The notes beneath the pieces are model-generated. The model saw only the letters and a program-made list of their open reading frames with translations, made no database searches and had not been told where the DNA came from. A DNA stretch of 45,968 nucleotides from the NCBI GenBank assembly GCA_964541495.1, contig CAZIRN010000001.1:1-45968 (forward strand), read 5' to 3'. The stretch comes from an uncultured Rikenella sp. (GTDB lineage Bacteria > Bacteroidota > Bacteroidia > Bacteroidales > VadinHA17). Positions 38,792-45,968 of the stretch are shown here, one piece after another (position 1 is the stretch's first letter; every line of letters begins with the position of its first letter). A program made the translations under genes and the position numbers.

Positions 38792-40651
38792 TTATAAATA
38801 ATATCTCTGTTCTTTTTTATGTTCCGAATAATCCTTGTAAGCTTTCCTGACAGTATCTATTTCAGAAACTTCAGAGACGGGAACCTCCCACCATCCATAA
38901 CCGGGGATACTTTTATATGGATCGGTTTCAATTGTGATAACTGTTATCACTTTTTGCTTTTTAGCTTCAGCTAATGCCTGCTTCAGGGAATCAATATTAG
39001 TTGCCTCAATGACGTGAGCTCCAAGACTTTGTGCATTCTGAGCAAAATTCACAGGAAGTTTATTTCCGTTAAGCAATCCGGTATTTGCATCTCTGTAACG
39101 ATATTCTGTACCGAAGCGTCCTGATCCTATTGACTGGGATAATCCGCCTATGCTCCCGAAGCCATGGTTATTCAGTAGTATGATTGTATATTTAATACCT
39201 TCCTGAACAGCTGTAACAATTTCATTACTCATCATAAGATAGTTTCCATCCCCAACCATGACATAAATTTCGCGATCGGGGCAGGCTAATTTGGCTCCTA
39301 TGCCTGCAGCACATTCATAGCCCATTGTTGAATATCCATACTCAAGGTGGAATCCCTTGGGATCGGTTGTTCTCCAGAGTTTATGAAGATCTCCCGGCAG
39401 ACTTCCTGCTGCACACAGAACAACATCACCCGGTGCGGCAAATCCCGATACAGCTCCAATCACTTCAGCCTGGGCAACAGGAAGTGAACCTGATACTTTA
39501 AAAAATCCGTCCACCTGTTTTTGCCAGTTTTCATTTGCATCTGATGCACTCTTTCTGTACTCATCAGATACCTTGAATCCTTCCAGCAGATCCGCAAGTT
39601 CTTCGAGACAGACTCTGGCATCGGAAGTAAGAGGCAGTGCACAAAGCTTGTGTGAATCGAAGTCAGTAATGTTGATGTTTATGAATTTTACCTCCGGATT
39701 CCGGAAAGCTGTTTTTGAAGCAGTTGTGAAATCAGTGTAGCGTGTTCCTATCCCGATTACCAGGTCGGCTTCAGCGGCAAAACTATTAGCTCCTGGTGTT
39801 CCAGTAGCGCCCGCAGCTCCAAGGTTCAAAGGATGATTAAACGGAAAAGAACCTTTACCTGCGAATGTCTCTGCAACAGGAATTCCAGTGGTTTCAATCA
39901 TTTTCTTCAATATTTCTGTTGCCTGACTATAGATAACTCCTCCGCCTGCAATGATCAGAGGCTTTTTTGAAGCTCTGATTATTCTTACAGCCTCTTTAAG
40001 AATGCTGGAATCAGGCCTTGGACGAGGTATTTTCCATATTCTTTTTCTAAAAAGCTCTTCCGGAAAATCGAAGGCTTCTGCCTGAACATCCTGAGGAAGA
40101 GAAAGCGTTACCGCACCTGTGTCAGCCGGTGATGTAAGAACGCGCATTACCTCTGGAAGAGAGGTGATCAACTGCTCTGCCCTGTTGATCCTGTCCCAGT
40201 ATTTTGATACGGGTTTAAAGCAGTCATTTACCGAAATATCCTGGGAATAAGGTGATTCGAGCTGTTGCAGCACCGGTGCAACATTCCGCGTGGCAAAAAT
40301 GTCTCCAGGAATAATAAGTACGGGTAAACGGTTTATTGTAGCACAGGCAGCACCTGTTATCATATTTGTAGCACCCGGGCCAATGGATGAAATACAGGCA
40401 AATGTTCCAAGACGGTTTTTCATTTTGGCATATGCAGTCGCAATATGTACCGAAGCCTGCTCATTTCTGGTCATATAAAAACGGAAATCCGGATTTTCCA
40501 GTAATCCTTCCCCGACACCGGCAACTATCCCATGGCCAAATATTCCAAGACAGCCTGCAAAAAACTGATTCTGTTGTCCGTCGAGTTCAACATATTGATT
40601 CTTAAGGAACCTGACGACAGCCTGACCGACTGTTAATCTAACGGCTTTCAT
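38792..40651 (-). CDS. iolD: 3D-(3,5/4)-trihydroxycyclohexane-1,2-dione acylhydrolase (ThDP-dependent)
   Basis: 619 aa. The N-terminus RLTVGQAVVRFLKNQYVELDG...IFGHG...NEQ...GPGATNM...PVLIIPGDIFATR...PVLQQLE...KPVSKYWDRINR is near-collinear with B. subtilis IolD as I recall it. ThDP motif GDGNYLMMSNE. Confidence 0.9.
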   Translation of the reverse strand: MKAVRLTVGQAVVRFLKNQYVELDGQQNQFFAGCLGIFGHGIVAGVGEGLLENPDFRFYMTRNEQASVHIATAYAKMKNRLGTFACISSIGPGATNMITGAACATINRLPVLIIPGDIFATRNVAPVLQQLESPYSQDISVNDCFKPVSKYWDRINRAEQLITSLPEVMRVLTSPADTGAVTLSLPQDVQAEAFDFPEELFRKRIWKIPRPRPDSSILKEAVRIIRASKKPLIIAGGGVIYSQATEILKKMIETTGIPVAETFAGKGSFPFNHPLNLGAAGATGTPGANSFAAEADLVIGIGTRYTDFTTASKTAFRNPEVKFININITDFDSHKLCALPLTSDARVCLEELADLLEGFKVSDEYRKSASDANENWQKQVDGFFKVSGSLPVAQAEVIGAVSGFAAPGDVVLCAAGSLPGDLHKLWRTTDPKGFHLEYGYSTMGYECAAGIGAKLACPDREIYVMVGDGNYLMMSNEIVTAVQEGIKYTIILLNNHGFGSIGGLSQSIGSGRFGTEYRYRDANTGLLNGNKLPVNFAQNAQSLGAHVIEATNIDSLKQALAEAKKQKVITVITIETDPYKSIPGYGWWEVPVSEVSEIDTVRKAYKDYSEHKKEQRYYL

Positions 40652-40697
40652 AATTTTTCTGAATTTTATTTTATTCTGTTAAATTCATCTATTGGCA

Positions 40698-41786
40698 TTA
40701 TTTAAGCATCATATCACGTATAATCAGGATAAGATCGGTAGTTGCCTGACAGAACTGTCTGAGGGTTCTGAGTGTTGCTCCATATTTGTCAAACTCTTCA
40801 ATTTTCATCCCGTCCTCATAATATGCACGTCTGAAATCAACATATTTTTTCTCCAGTTCTGCAATGATTGCAGGATCAACAGGTTTATCCATGCGGTTTT
40901 CTATTGTAATATCTGATGCGTTATATCTTTTCTGCCACAGGTATGGAGGGGAAATAACAACATTCCCGCCGATGAATTCCGACCAGTGCCGGTGATTCCG
41001 GAATGCTGCGCTTAATAATCTGAGGCGGTATCCTCTTTCCATGTAGATCTTATAGGCCTTTTTCATTACAGCTACACCTGCCCAGTCCAGTATATCAGGA
41101 TTTGAAATTATATTTTCTTTATCTGTAACAACTTTCAGCCAGTCATCAAGTCTGCCAACCATAAGAGTACAGACCGGACCCATTGTGCTGATATCCTTTC
41201 CTTCCTTCTCGCGTCTTCTTAATCCGCGTTCAACAGCATCCCCCACAGCTAATGCCTGGGGAAGTGTAAAGCTTACTGTGGCATTTATACTTATGCCTCT
41301 GTATGTTGCCTCCTCAATAGCTTCAATACCAGCTTTTGTAACAGGTATTTTTACTATCATATTTGGTGCAAGTTTGCTGAAATGTTCTGCCTGAGCTAAT
41401 ATCCTTTTTGCATCCCTGTATAACCTTGGATCTGTCTGTATTGACAATCTGCCGTTTTTTCCTTTTTCCCTGTCAAATATTGGTTTCAGGAGTGCAGCAG
41501 CTTTTACCGACATTTCCTCAATTAACTGCCACGCAATCTCATCCTCGGTGGCAGTTGAATTCTCATTGATTATTTCAGGAATTCTGTCCTTCCAAAGATC
41601 CCATTCCTGTTTAAGGACAGTACATACTATCACAGGATTACATGTTGCACCTACGGCACCATTACCGATGGACCATGTAAGCTCTTCAATAGAACAGGAA
41701 TCATTCCACAGAGCCGTGGGTGTCGTCTGCGTCATTTCATGCAGCTTGCTTTTATAGACTTTTTTATTTTCAGATTCTCCTCCCAT
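40698..41786 (-). CDS. Transaldolase-family class-I aldolase-fold protein (long form), embedded in the iol operon
   Basis: 362 aa. Motifs GATCNP, GRLSIQTDPRL, Schiff-base-lysine context MIVKIPVTKAGIEAIE, INATVSFT and LMVGRLDDW match the Tal/FSA fold. Confidence 0.85.
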   Translation of the reverse strand: MGGESENKKVYKSKLHEMTQTTPTALWNDSCSIEELTWSIGNGAVGATCNPVIVCTVLKQEWDLWKDRIPEIINENSTATEDEIAWQLIEEMSVKAAALLKPIFDREKGKNGRLSIQTDPRLYRDAKRILAQAEHFSKLAPNMIVKIPVTKAGIEAIEEATYRGISINATVSFTLPQALAVGDAVERGLRRREKEGKDISTMGPVCTLMVGRLDDWLKVVTDKENIISNPDILDWAGVAVMKKAYKIYMERGYRLRLLSAAFRNHRHWSEFIGGNVVISPPYLWQKRYNASDITIENRMDKPVDPAIIAELEKKYVDFRRAYYEDGMKIEEFDKYGATLRTLRQFCQATTDLILIIRDMMLK

Positions 41787-41814
41787 AATCTCATTTCATT
41801 ACTATTTTTTTTAA

Positions 41815-41896
41815 TTGAAGTTCCGCTTCCCAAGTTCAAAGTTAATTTTGTATAGGCCTCGAACCTAGTACCTAAGTACCTAGAACCTGGAACCTT
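41815..41896. repeat. Word-repeat element: AAGTTC x2 followed by a 7-bp tandem GAACCT/GTACCT x5
   Basis: Read directly: gAAGTTCcgcttcccAAGTTCaaag...cGAACCTaGTACCTaaGTACCTaGAACCTgGAACCTt. Lies in the 132-bp spacer between the symporter stop and the transaldolase start. Confidence 0.6.
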
Positions 41897-41918
41897 AAAT
41901 AATTAACTCGTTTCATTA

Positions 41919-43748
41919 TTACCAGAAGATAATGTAAAGAACCGCAAGTATTCCCCATACACCTATTGCCGCAACATTGAATACTGTCGAAGTCCTGAAT
42001 AATCCTTTTTCTGTGATTATTGCTTTATGATCCATCTTTTTAAGTTTATAGTTAAAAATCAGAATCAGACCGAGAAGGATTAACATAAATATCAGAACAT
42101 AAACTGATTCGAGAGCAAGTGTTCTCATCGGATAAACGAAAAAAGCCGCAACTATCCCTGCGAGCATTGCAAATGCAACTATTTTTATTCCAATGCCAGC
42201 AGTTTTTTTCCCAGAGGTCATATCAATTACATTATCTACATTATGGCTTTTATCCAGAAGGCTTCCTCCAACCATCACAAAAAATAAAATTATGAATACG
42301 TAACCAATCCGCAGCACAAATGGCATTCCAGGGAATAAAATTTTTATTAGCAATCCCATAGGTATTGTAAGCAAAGCCACCCATAAAGCAGCTTTGGATG
42401 ATGCTTTCCTCCAGAAAAGTCCGCAGAAAAAGATAAGGAACTCACCGGGATAAATGAATCCGGTATACTCCTGTATGTACTGGTATGCCTGATCGAGAGT
42501 TTTTAACTGCGGCGCAATAATGGTTGCAATAAGAAGAGCGAAGAAAGCTACAATTGTTCCGACCCTTACAAGTTCCTTTTCAGATGCTTTCTTATTGATG
42601 AAGCTCTTGTAGATATCCATTGTAAAAATCGTGGAGGCACTGTTTACTATAGAACTAATGGAAGAAACAGCCGCAGCCGCTATAGCTGCAAAGGATAGTC
42701 CTCTGATCCCTATAGGGATGATATTTCTGATAAGCCAGGGATATGCTTCGTCGGATTTTCCAAGTTTTACGCCCATTGCAAAAACTGCAATTCCGGGAAT
42801 AACCACAAGGAGAGGAACAAGCAGTTTAAGATATGCTGCAAAAACCACACCCAGTTGTGCTTCCTTCAGATTTTTTGCGGCAAGTCCTTTCTGGATGATG
42901 AACTGATTGAATCCCCAGAAGCTCAGATTAGTAAGCCACATTGATCCTATGATTACCCCCAGACCCGGCAGGTCAGAGAATGCATCCTTCAGTCCTCCCT
43001 TTCCATCGGGAGCAAAAAGTGTCCCCTTTTCGATAATCATGTGGAATTTCTGGGGTGCCCTTTCCAGCAGTTCATTAAAGCCGGCAATAACTCCGTTGCC
43101 ATTGCTTAATGTATTTAATGCAAGAGCTGTTGTAACCAAACCTCCAATAATCAATACAGCCACATTTACAATATCTGTCCATGCAACAGCTTTTATTCCA
43201 CCCCAGATTGAATATAGTGCTGAGAGTACAGCAAATCCTAGAACTCCATAAACCAGAGGAACACCGATTATCCTTTCCATTGCCAAAGCTCCGAGATAGA
43301 TTACGGAAGTCATATTCACAAAAATGTAAACCAGTATCCAGAATACTGCGAAACAGGTACTTACCTTCCTGTCATACCTTTGTGAAAGATAATCAGGCAT
43401 GGTAAAAAATCCTTTATTTATGAAAACCGGAAGAAAAAACTTGGCCACAAAAATCAGAGAGGCAGCAGCGATCCATTCATAAGCGGCAATAGCCAGTCCG
43501 ATGGCATAACCCGAACCGGACATTGCAATAAAGTGTTCTGCTGAAATGTTTGCCGCAAGGAGTGTGCAACCTATTGCCCACCATGGCAAAGAGCGACCGG
43601 CAAGAAAATAGTCGCGGGATGTCCTTTGTTCTCCTTTTTTCTTGCGTGAAACCCATAACCCGAGAGAAACAATAATTAAAGCATATATTATAAAGACAAT
43701 CCAGTCGATCGAGGTAAAATCTTTCACTTTTGAGAAATTTAAAAACAC
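41919..43748 (-). CDS. Sodium:solute symporter family (SGLT/SMIT-like) transporter, probable inositol uptake
   Basis: 609 aa with about 14 TM helices. SSS N-terminal signature DYFLAGRSLPWWAIGCTLLAANISAEHFIAMSGSGY. First gene of the iol operon. The start codon is apparently GTG. Confidence 0.85.
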   Translation of the reverse strand: MFLNFSKVKDFTSIDWIVFIIYALIIVSLGLWVSRKKKGEQRTSRDYFLAGRSLPWWAIGCTLLAANISAEHFIAMSGSGYAIGLAIAAYEWIAAASLIFVAKFFLPVFINKGFFTMPDYLSQRYDRKVSTCFAVFWILVYIFVNMTSVIYLGALAMERIIGVPLVYGVLGFAVLSALYSIWGGIKAVAWTDIVNVAVLIIGGLVTTALALNTLSNGNGVIAGFNELLERAPQKFHMIIEKGTLFAPDGKGGLKDAFSDLPGLGVIIGSMWLTNLSFWGFNQFIIQKGLAAKNLKEAQLGVVFAAYLKLLVPLLVVIPGIAVFAMGVKLGKSDEAYPWLIRNIIPIGIRGLSFAAIAAAAVSSISSIVNSASTIFTMDIYKSFINKKASEKELVRVGTIVAFFALLIATIIAPQLKTLDQAYQYIQEYTGFIYPGEFLIFFCGLFWRKASSKAALWVALLTIPMGLLIKILFPGMPFVLRIGYVFIILFFVMVGGSLLDKSHNVDNVIDMTSGKKTAGIGIKIVAFAMLAGIVAAFFVYPMRTLALESVYVLIFMLILLGLILIFNYKLKKMDHKAIITEKGLFRTSTVFNVAAIGVWGILAVLYIIFW

Positions 43749-43870
43749 TTTTTTAACACTCTAAAAATATAAAATAAAATATTTCAGACTTTCCTATTTT
43801 TTATCTGCATATAATGGTATATTAGCCGTAAAAACTATAAAATAATAATTATTTGATAATCTTTCAGAAT

Positions 43871-44761
43871 ATGAAACCTTTCTATCAAAAGCTTGTTACC
43901 TCTCCCAATCAATCTGTGATTTTCTTTGATGAAGAGAAGCCACATTTTACAGTACCCTGGCATTATCATCCTGAGATTGAGATTCTTTATGTATTTAAAA
44001 GTTCCGGAACTAGTTATGTCGGCGACGGGATTAACAGTTTTAATAAAGGAGCGATAAGCATTATCGGTGAGAATGTACCACACTGGTGGAAAAGTGACGA
44101 GAAATATCTGAGCGGACAAATAAAGGATGGCATTAAAGCTTTGGTAATTCAGTTTAAGAGTGAAATTTTTGATACTAATTTCATCAATATCCCTGAAATG
44201 AATTCGATAAAGGGACTACTTGAAAGATCGAAAAGGGGTATTTTATTTACTGGCAAAAGCAGGGAACAGCTTGGAAAGCAGGTACTAAAGATTTTCAGAC
44301 TTAATGGGATACACAGGATCACTGAACTTATCATTTTACTTGATATGATGGCCAATTCACCTGAATATCAATTCCACACAAGTGCAGGTTATTCAAAAAT
44401 GGTTAACACGTATGATTTTAACCGATTTAATAAAATTCATGAATATTTAATTAACAATTTCACCAGACGTATAACTCTCGAAAATATTTGTGATATAGTA
44501 AGCATGAGTCCAACAGCTCTGTGCAGATATTTCAAGAAGCATACAGGAAAAACACTGTTTTCATTTCTTAATGAAATACGGATAGGCAGTGCCTGCAGGC
44601 TGATGATAGAAGAGAACGCATCAATTTCCAATGCATGTTTTGAAAGCGGATTTAACAATCTCTCTCATTTCAATTTTCAATTCAGGAAAGTCAAGCAATT
44701 AACACCAACTGAATATATAAATGCTTATAAAGTCAACCATTTAAAAGGAATCAAGTCTTAA
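43871..44761 (+). CDS. AraC-family transcriptional regulator (cupin-like sensor + HTH_18)
   Basis: C-terminal dual HTH (ITLENICDIVSMSPTALCRYFKKHTGKTLFSFLNEIRIGSACRLM, NACFESGFNNLSHFNFQFRK). N-terminal WHYHPEIEILYV cupin-like region. Divergent from the iol operon. ATG at 43871 is preferred over the TTG at 43853. Confidence 0.9.
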   Translation: MKPFYQKLVTSPNQSVIFFDEEKPHFTVPWHYHPEIEILYVFKSSGTSYVGDGINSFNKGAISIIGENVPHWWKSDEKYLSGQIKDGIKALVIQFKSEIFDTNFINIPEMNSIKGLLERSKRGILFTGKSREQLGKQVLKIFRLNGIHRITELIILLDMMANSPEYQFHTSAGYSKMVNTYDFNRFNKIHEYLINNFTRRITLENICDIVSMSPTALCRYFKKHTGKTLFSFLNEIRIGSACRLMIEENASISNACFESGFNNLSHFNFQFRKVKQLTPTEYINAYKVNHLKGIKS

Positions 44762-44903
44762 AGGCGCATTTTCGTTTACACCATAAAAGTAATGCAAATA
44801 AAAGTTCTATTTCATTTTTAAAACAAAAACTTTATACCCTGTTTTGCTCTTTCAGAGGTAAGTACTGCAACATGCAAAACAGCAAAAGCTTTGAGGGTTC
44901 TTA

Positions 44904-45725
44904 TTACTGCTTTTGAGTTTTACATTCTTGATATTCCTCTTTATATAACTCGTAATTATTTAAAAAATCTGCAAGTTGTTTTATATGATCAGTATTTATG
45001 TAATCTACTTTAATATTCATGAGAATGCACCATGCTCTTATATTATCAGGCGAATTCCAGAACCTTATCTTTTTATTCAGAGAGTGAACCGAATCAATTA
45101 TATTTTGAATACGCGTTTTTTCTTCTTCAATTATGTCACCTTCTCCATTCCATGTAGTGAATTTCCTAAGATTTTCACTGAAAAGCGGAACTCTTTTTAA
45201 AGTTTTTTCATCATATTTCCGGTCTAACATTCCGTCAAAAAAAATGAATCCCGGATATTTGTCAAATTCCTCAGGTTCTGGTCTGTTTCCTGAAATGACA
45301 ATCCGAACGTAATTCGGATTGATTTGAGGATCAAAAACATCCTGATAAGGCTTGAGTTTTTCAATAAGGATAGACAGTGTGGGCTCTACCGGCGTTTTTA
45401 GATCTATAAGCAACTGCAATGTTGACGTGTCATCTTTCCATGCTTTTCCGCCATTTTGCCTTACAATTTGCACAACAGGATGAATATATAATGAATCCAG
45501 TGTTCTGCCGGGCTTTATATCAGTTTGATAGTGAGCCACAAATAATTCACCATCTATTGCCCATATATCTGCTTCAATGGAACCGAAATGATTGTCGTAC
45601 GCCATACGGAAAGGTATTTCATTCTCATAATCATTATGGGAATGAGCATTAAGTGTTGAATACTGGGCTTCCAGTGCAAAGATTGCAAACAAACACAGGA
45701 CTGTTGTCAGGAGAATTTTCTTCAT
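44904..45725 (-). CDS. Secreted PLC-like phosphodiesterase (PI-PLC X-domain / GDPD-like, AIM6-type)
   Basis: 273 aa with a signal peptide. The N-terminal catalytic-looking motif NAHSHNDYENE...GSIEADIW...G.LFVAH resembles the PI-PLC/glycerophosphodiesterase superfamily proteins I recall from Bacteroidota. Confidence 0.6.
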   Translation of the reverse strand: MKKILLTTVLCLFAIFALEAQYSTLNAHSHNDYENEIPFRMAYDNHFGSIEADIWAIDGELFVAHYQTDIKPGRTLDSLYIHPVVQIVRQNGGKAWKDDTSTLQLLIDLKTPVEPTLSILIEKLKPYQDVFDPQINPNYVRIVISGNRPEPEEFDKYPGFIFFDGMLDRKYDEKTLKRVPLFSENLRKFTTWNGEGDIIEEEKTRIQNIIDSVHSLNKKIRFWNSPDNIRAWCILMNIKVDYINTDHIKQLADFLNNYELYKEEYQECKTQKQ

Positions 45726-45968
45726 ATTTTGAGGAATATTTTATGTTTATAAAGGAAATAAATGTATATTTCAATTCAATTACATACCACTATTTCAGTT
45801 AAAGAATAACGCACCTTACAAATATATTTTAAAAAGATTCACTCTGGTTACTAAAGAGATTGTTCAGAATAAAATTTAATTTTCATAATTCAAAATTAGT
45901 ATTTTTATAACTAATGTATTAACCCCCTTTAAACTGGACTAATTTCCAAAGGTTTTTGAACTAATGAT

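Noticed and set aside
17341-41896. Reading the short word-repeat islands as CRISPR arrays or minisatellite phase-variation tracts
   Set aside because: The units are only 6-8 bp with no spacer-like unique segments, and no cas genes are present. The tracts are non-coding and sit outside obvious promoter spacers, so neither CRISPR nor classical slipped-strand phase variation fits.
35308-43748. Interpreting the transaldolase plus symporter cluster as a sulfoquinovose sulfo-transaldolase (sulfo-TAL) locus
   Set aside because: There is no sulfoquinovosidase, SQ isomerase, or sulfolactaldehyde reductase or dehydrogenase. The neighbours are unmistakable iolD, iolA and iolG homologues, so inositol is the far better substrate guess.
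6113-43870. Upstream-extended start codons given in the ORF track (6113, 12533, 21888, 22876, 27603, 37283, 43853)
   Set aside because: These are TTG/GTG or far-upstream ATG codons. They add implausible N-terminal residues or create large overlaps with the preceding gene. In-frame ATGs that give proper signal peptides or ATGA coupling were preferred. This remains a judgement call without RBS or TSS data.
44839-44882. Hairpin CTGTTTTGC ... GCAAAACAG between the convergent AraC and PLC-like genes, considered as a terminator
   Set aside because: The stem is only 9 bp with a 26-nt loop and no clear flanking T-run. It is too weak to call.
874-45968. Bacteroidota -7 promoter motif (TAnnTTTG) matches in AT-rich spacers, for example 34360-34367 upstream of the metallophosphoesterase and CAAAnnTA matches at 1026-1033 and 1067-1074 upstream of gyrB
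   Set aside because: Multiple matches occur by chance in AT-rich intergenic DNA. Without TSS data they are not discriminating, so they are not reported as features.
1-45968. Search for mobile elements, prophage remnants, defence systems, toxin-antitoxin pairs, tRNA/rRNA genes and pseudogenes
   Set aside because: No transposase, integrase, recombinase, restriction-modification, Cas, abortive-infection-like or phage structural signatures were seen in any listed ORF. No tRNA-like cloverleaf region or interrupted ORF was evident. The window looks like stable core chromosome.

Overview
This is a low-GC chromosomal segment that looks like Bacteroidota, probably Bacteroidales or Marinilabiliales-like. 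The taxon call rests on a THX ribosomal protein, a DUF1573 protein, an RRM+Csp pair, an ECF sigma factor with a beta-barrel partner, and SusR-less catabolic operons. Almost every base is accounted for by about 36 protein genes. I found no rRNA, tRNA, CRISPR array, transposase, integrase, prophage or recognisable defence genes.

Gene content, left to right:
- gyrB 5' part
- a TPR protein plus an outer-membrane (OM) barrel pair
- ftsE-like gene
- a conserved GNAT-like/deacetylase-like pair
- csp and an RRM RNA-binding protein
- an extended THX protein
- an LTA-synthase-family protein
- a DPP-IV-like S9 peptidase
- a xylB-xylA-polyol dehydrogenase operon
- uvrA
- a lytic transglycosylase
- an ECF sigma factor with an anti-sigma/beta-barrel partner
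- lpd
- znuABC-like metal uptake genes
- two orphan hypothetical proteins
- a two-component system
- a DUF1573 protein
- a secreted metallophosphoesterase
- an inositol-catabolism operon with a divergent AraC regulator
- a secreted PI-PLC/GDPD-like phosphodiesterase

Most of this is ordinary backbone. The best candidate for something not described is the inositol operon (35308-43748). It has iolG, iolE-like, iolA and iolD plus a Na+ symporter, but no iolB, iolC or iolJ. Instead it carries a long transaldolase-family gene whose active site, aligned by eye, looks FSA-like. This suggests a kinase-independent, transaldolase/aldolase-dependent branch.

Secondary observations:
- a recurring class of GC-rich word-repeat elements in minus-strand intergenic spacers
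- a THX protein with a roughly 120-aa K/E-rich tail
- an anti-sigma-like protein fused to an OM-barrel-like domain
- a small orphan protein with an ART-like H-Y-E pattern
- 11-bp-phased direct repeats next to a two-component system
- a perfect palindrome upstream of znuA

All functional calls come from reading the translated sequences by eye. No searches were run.
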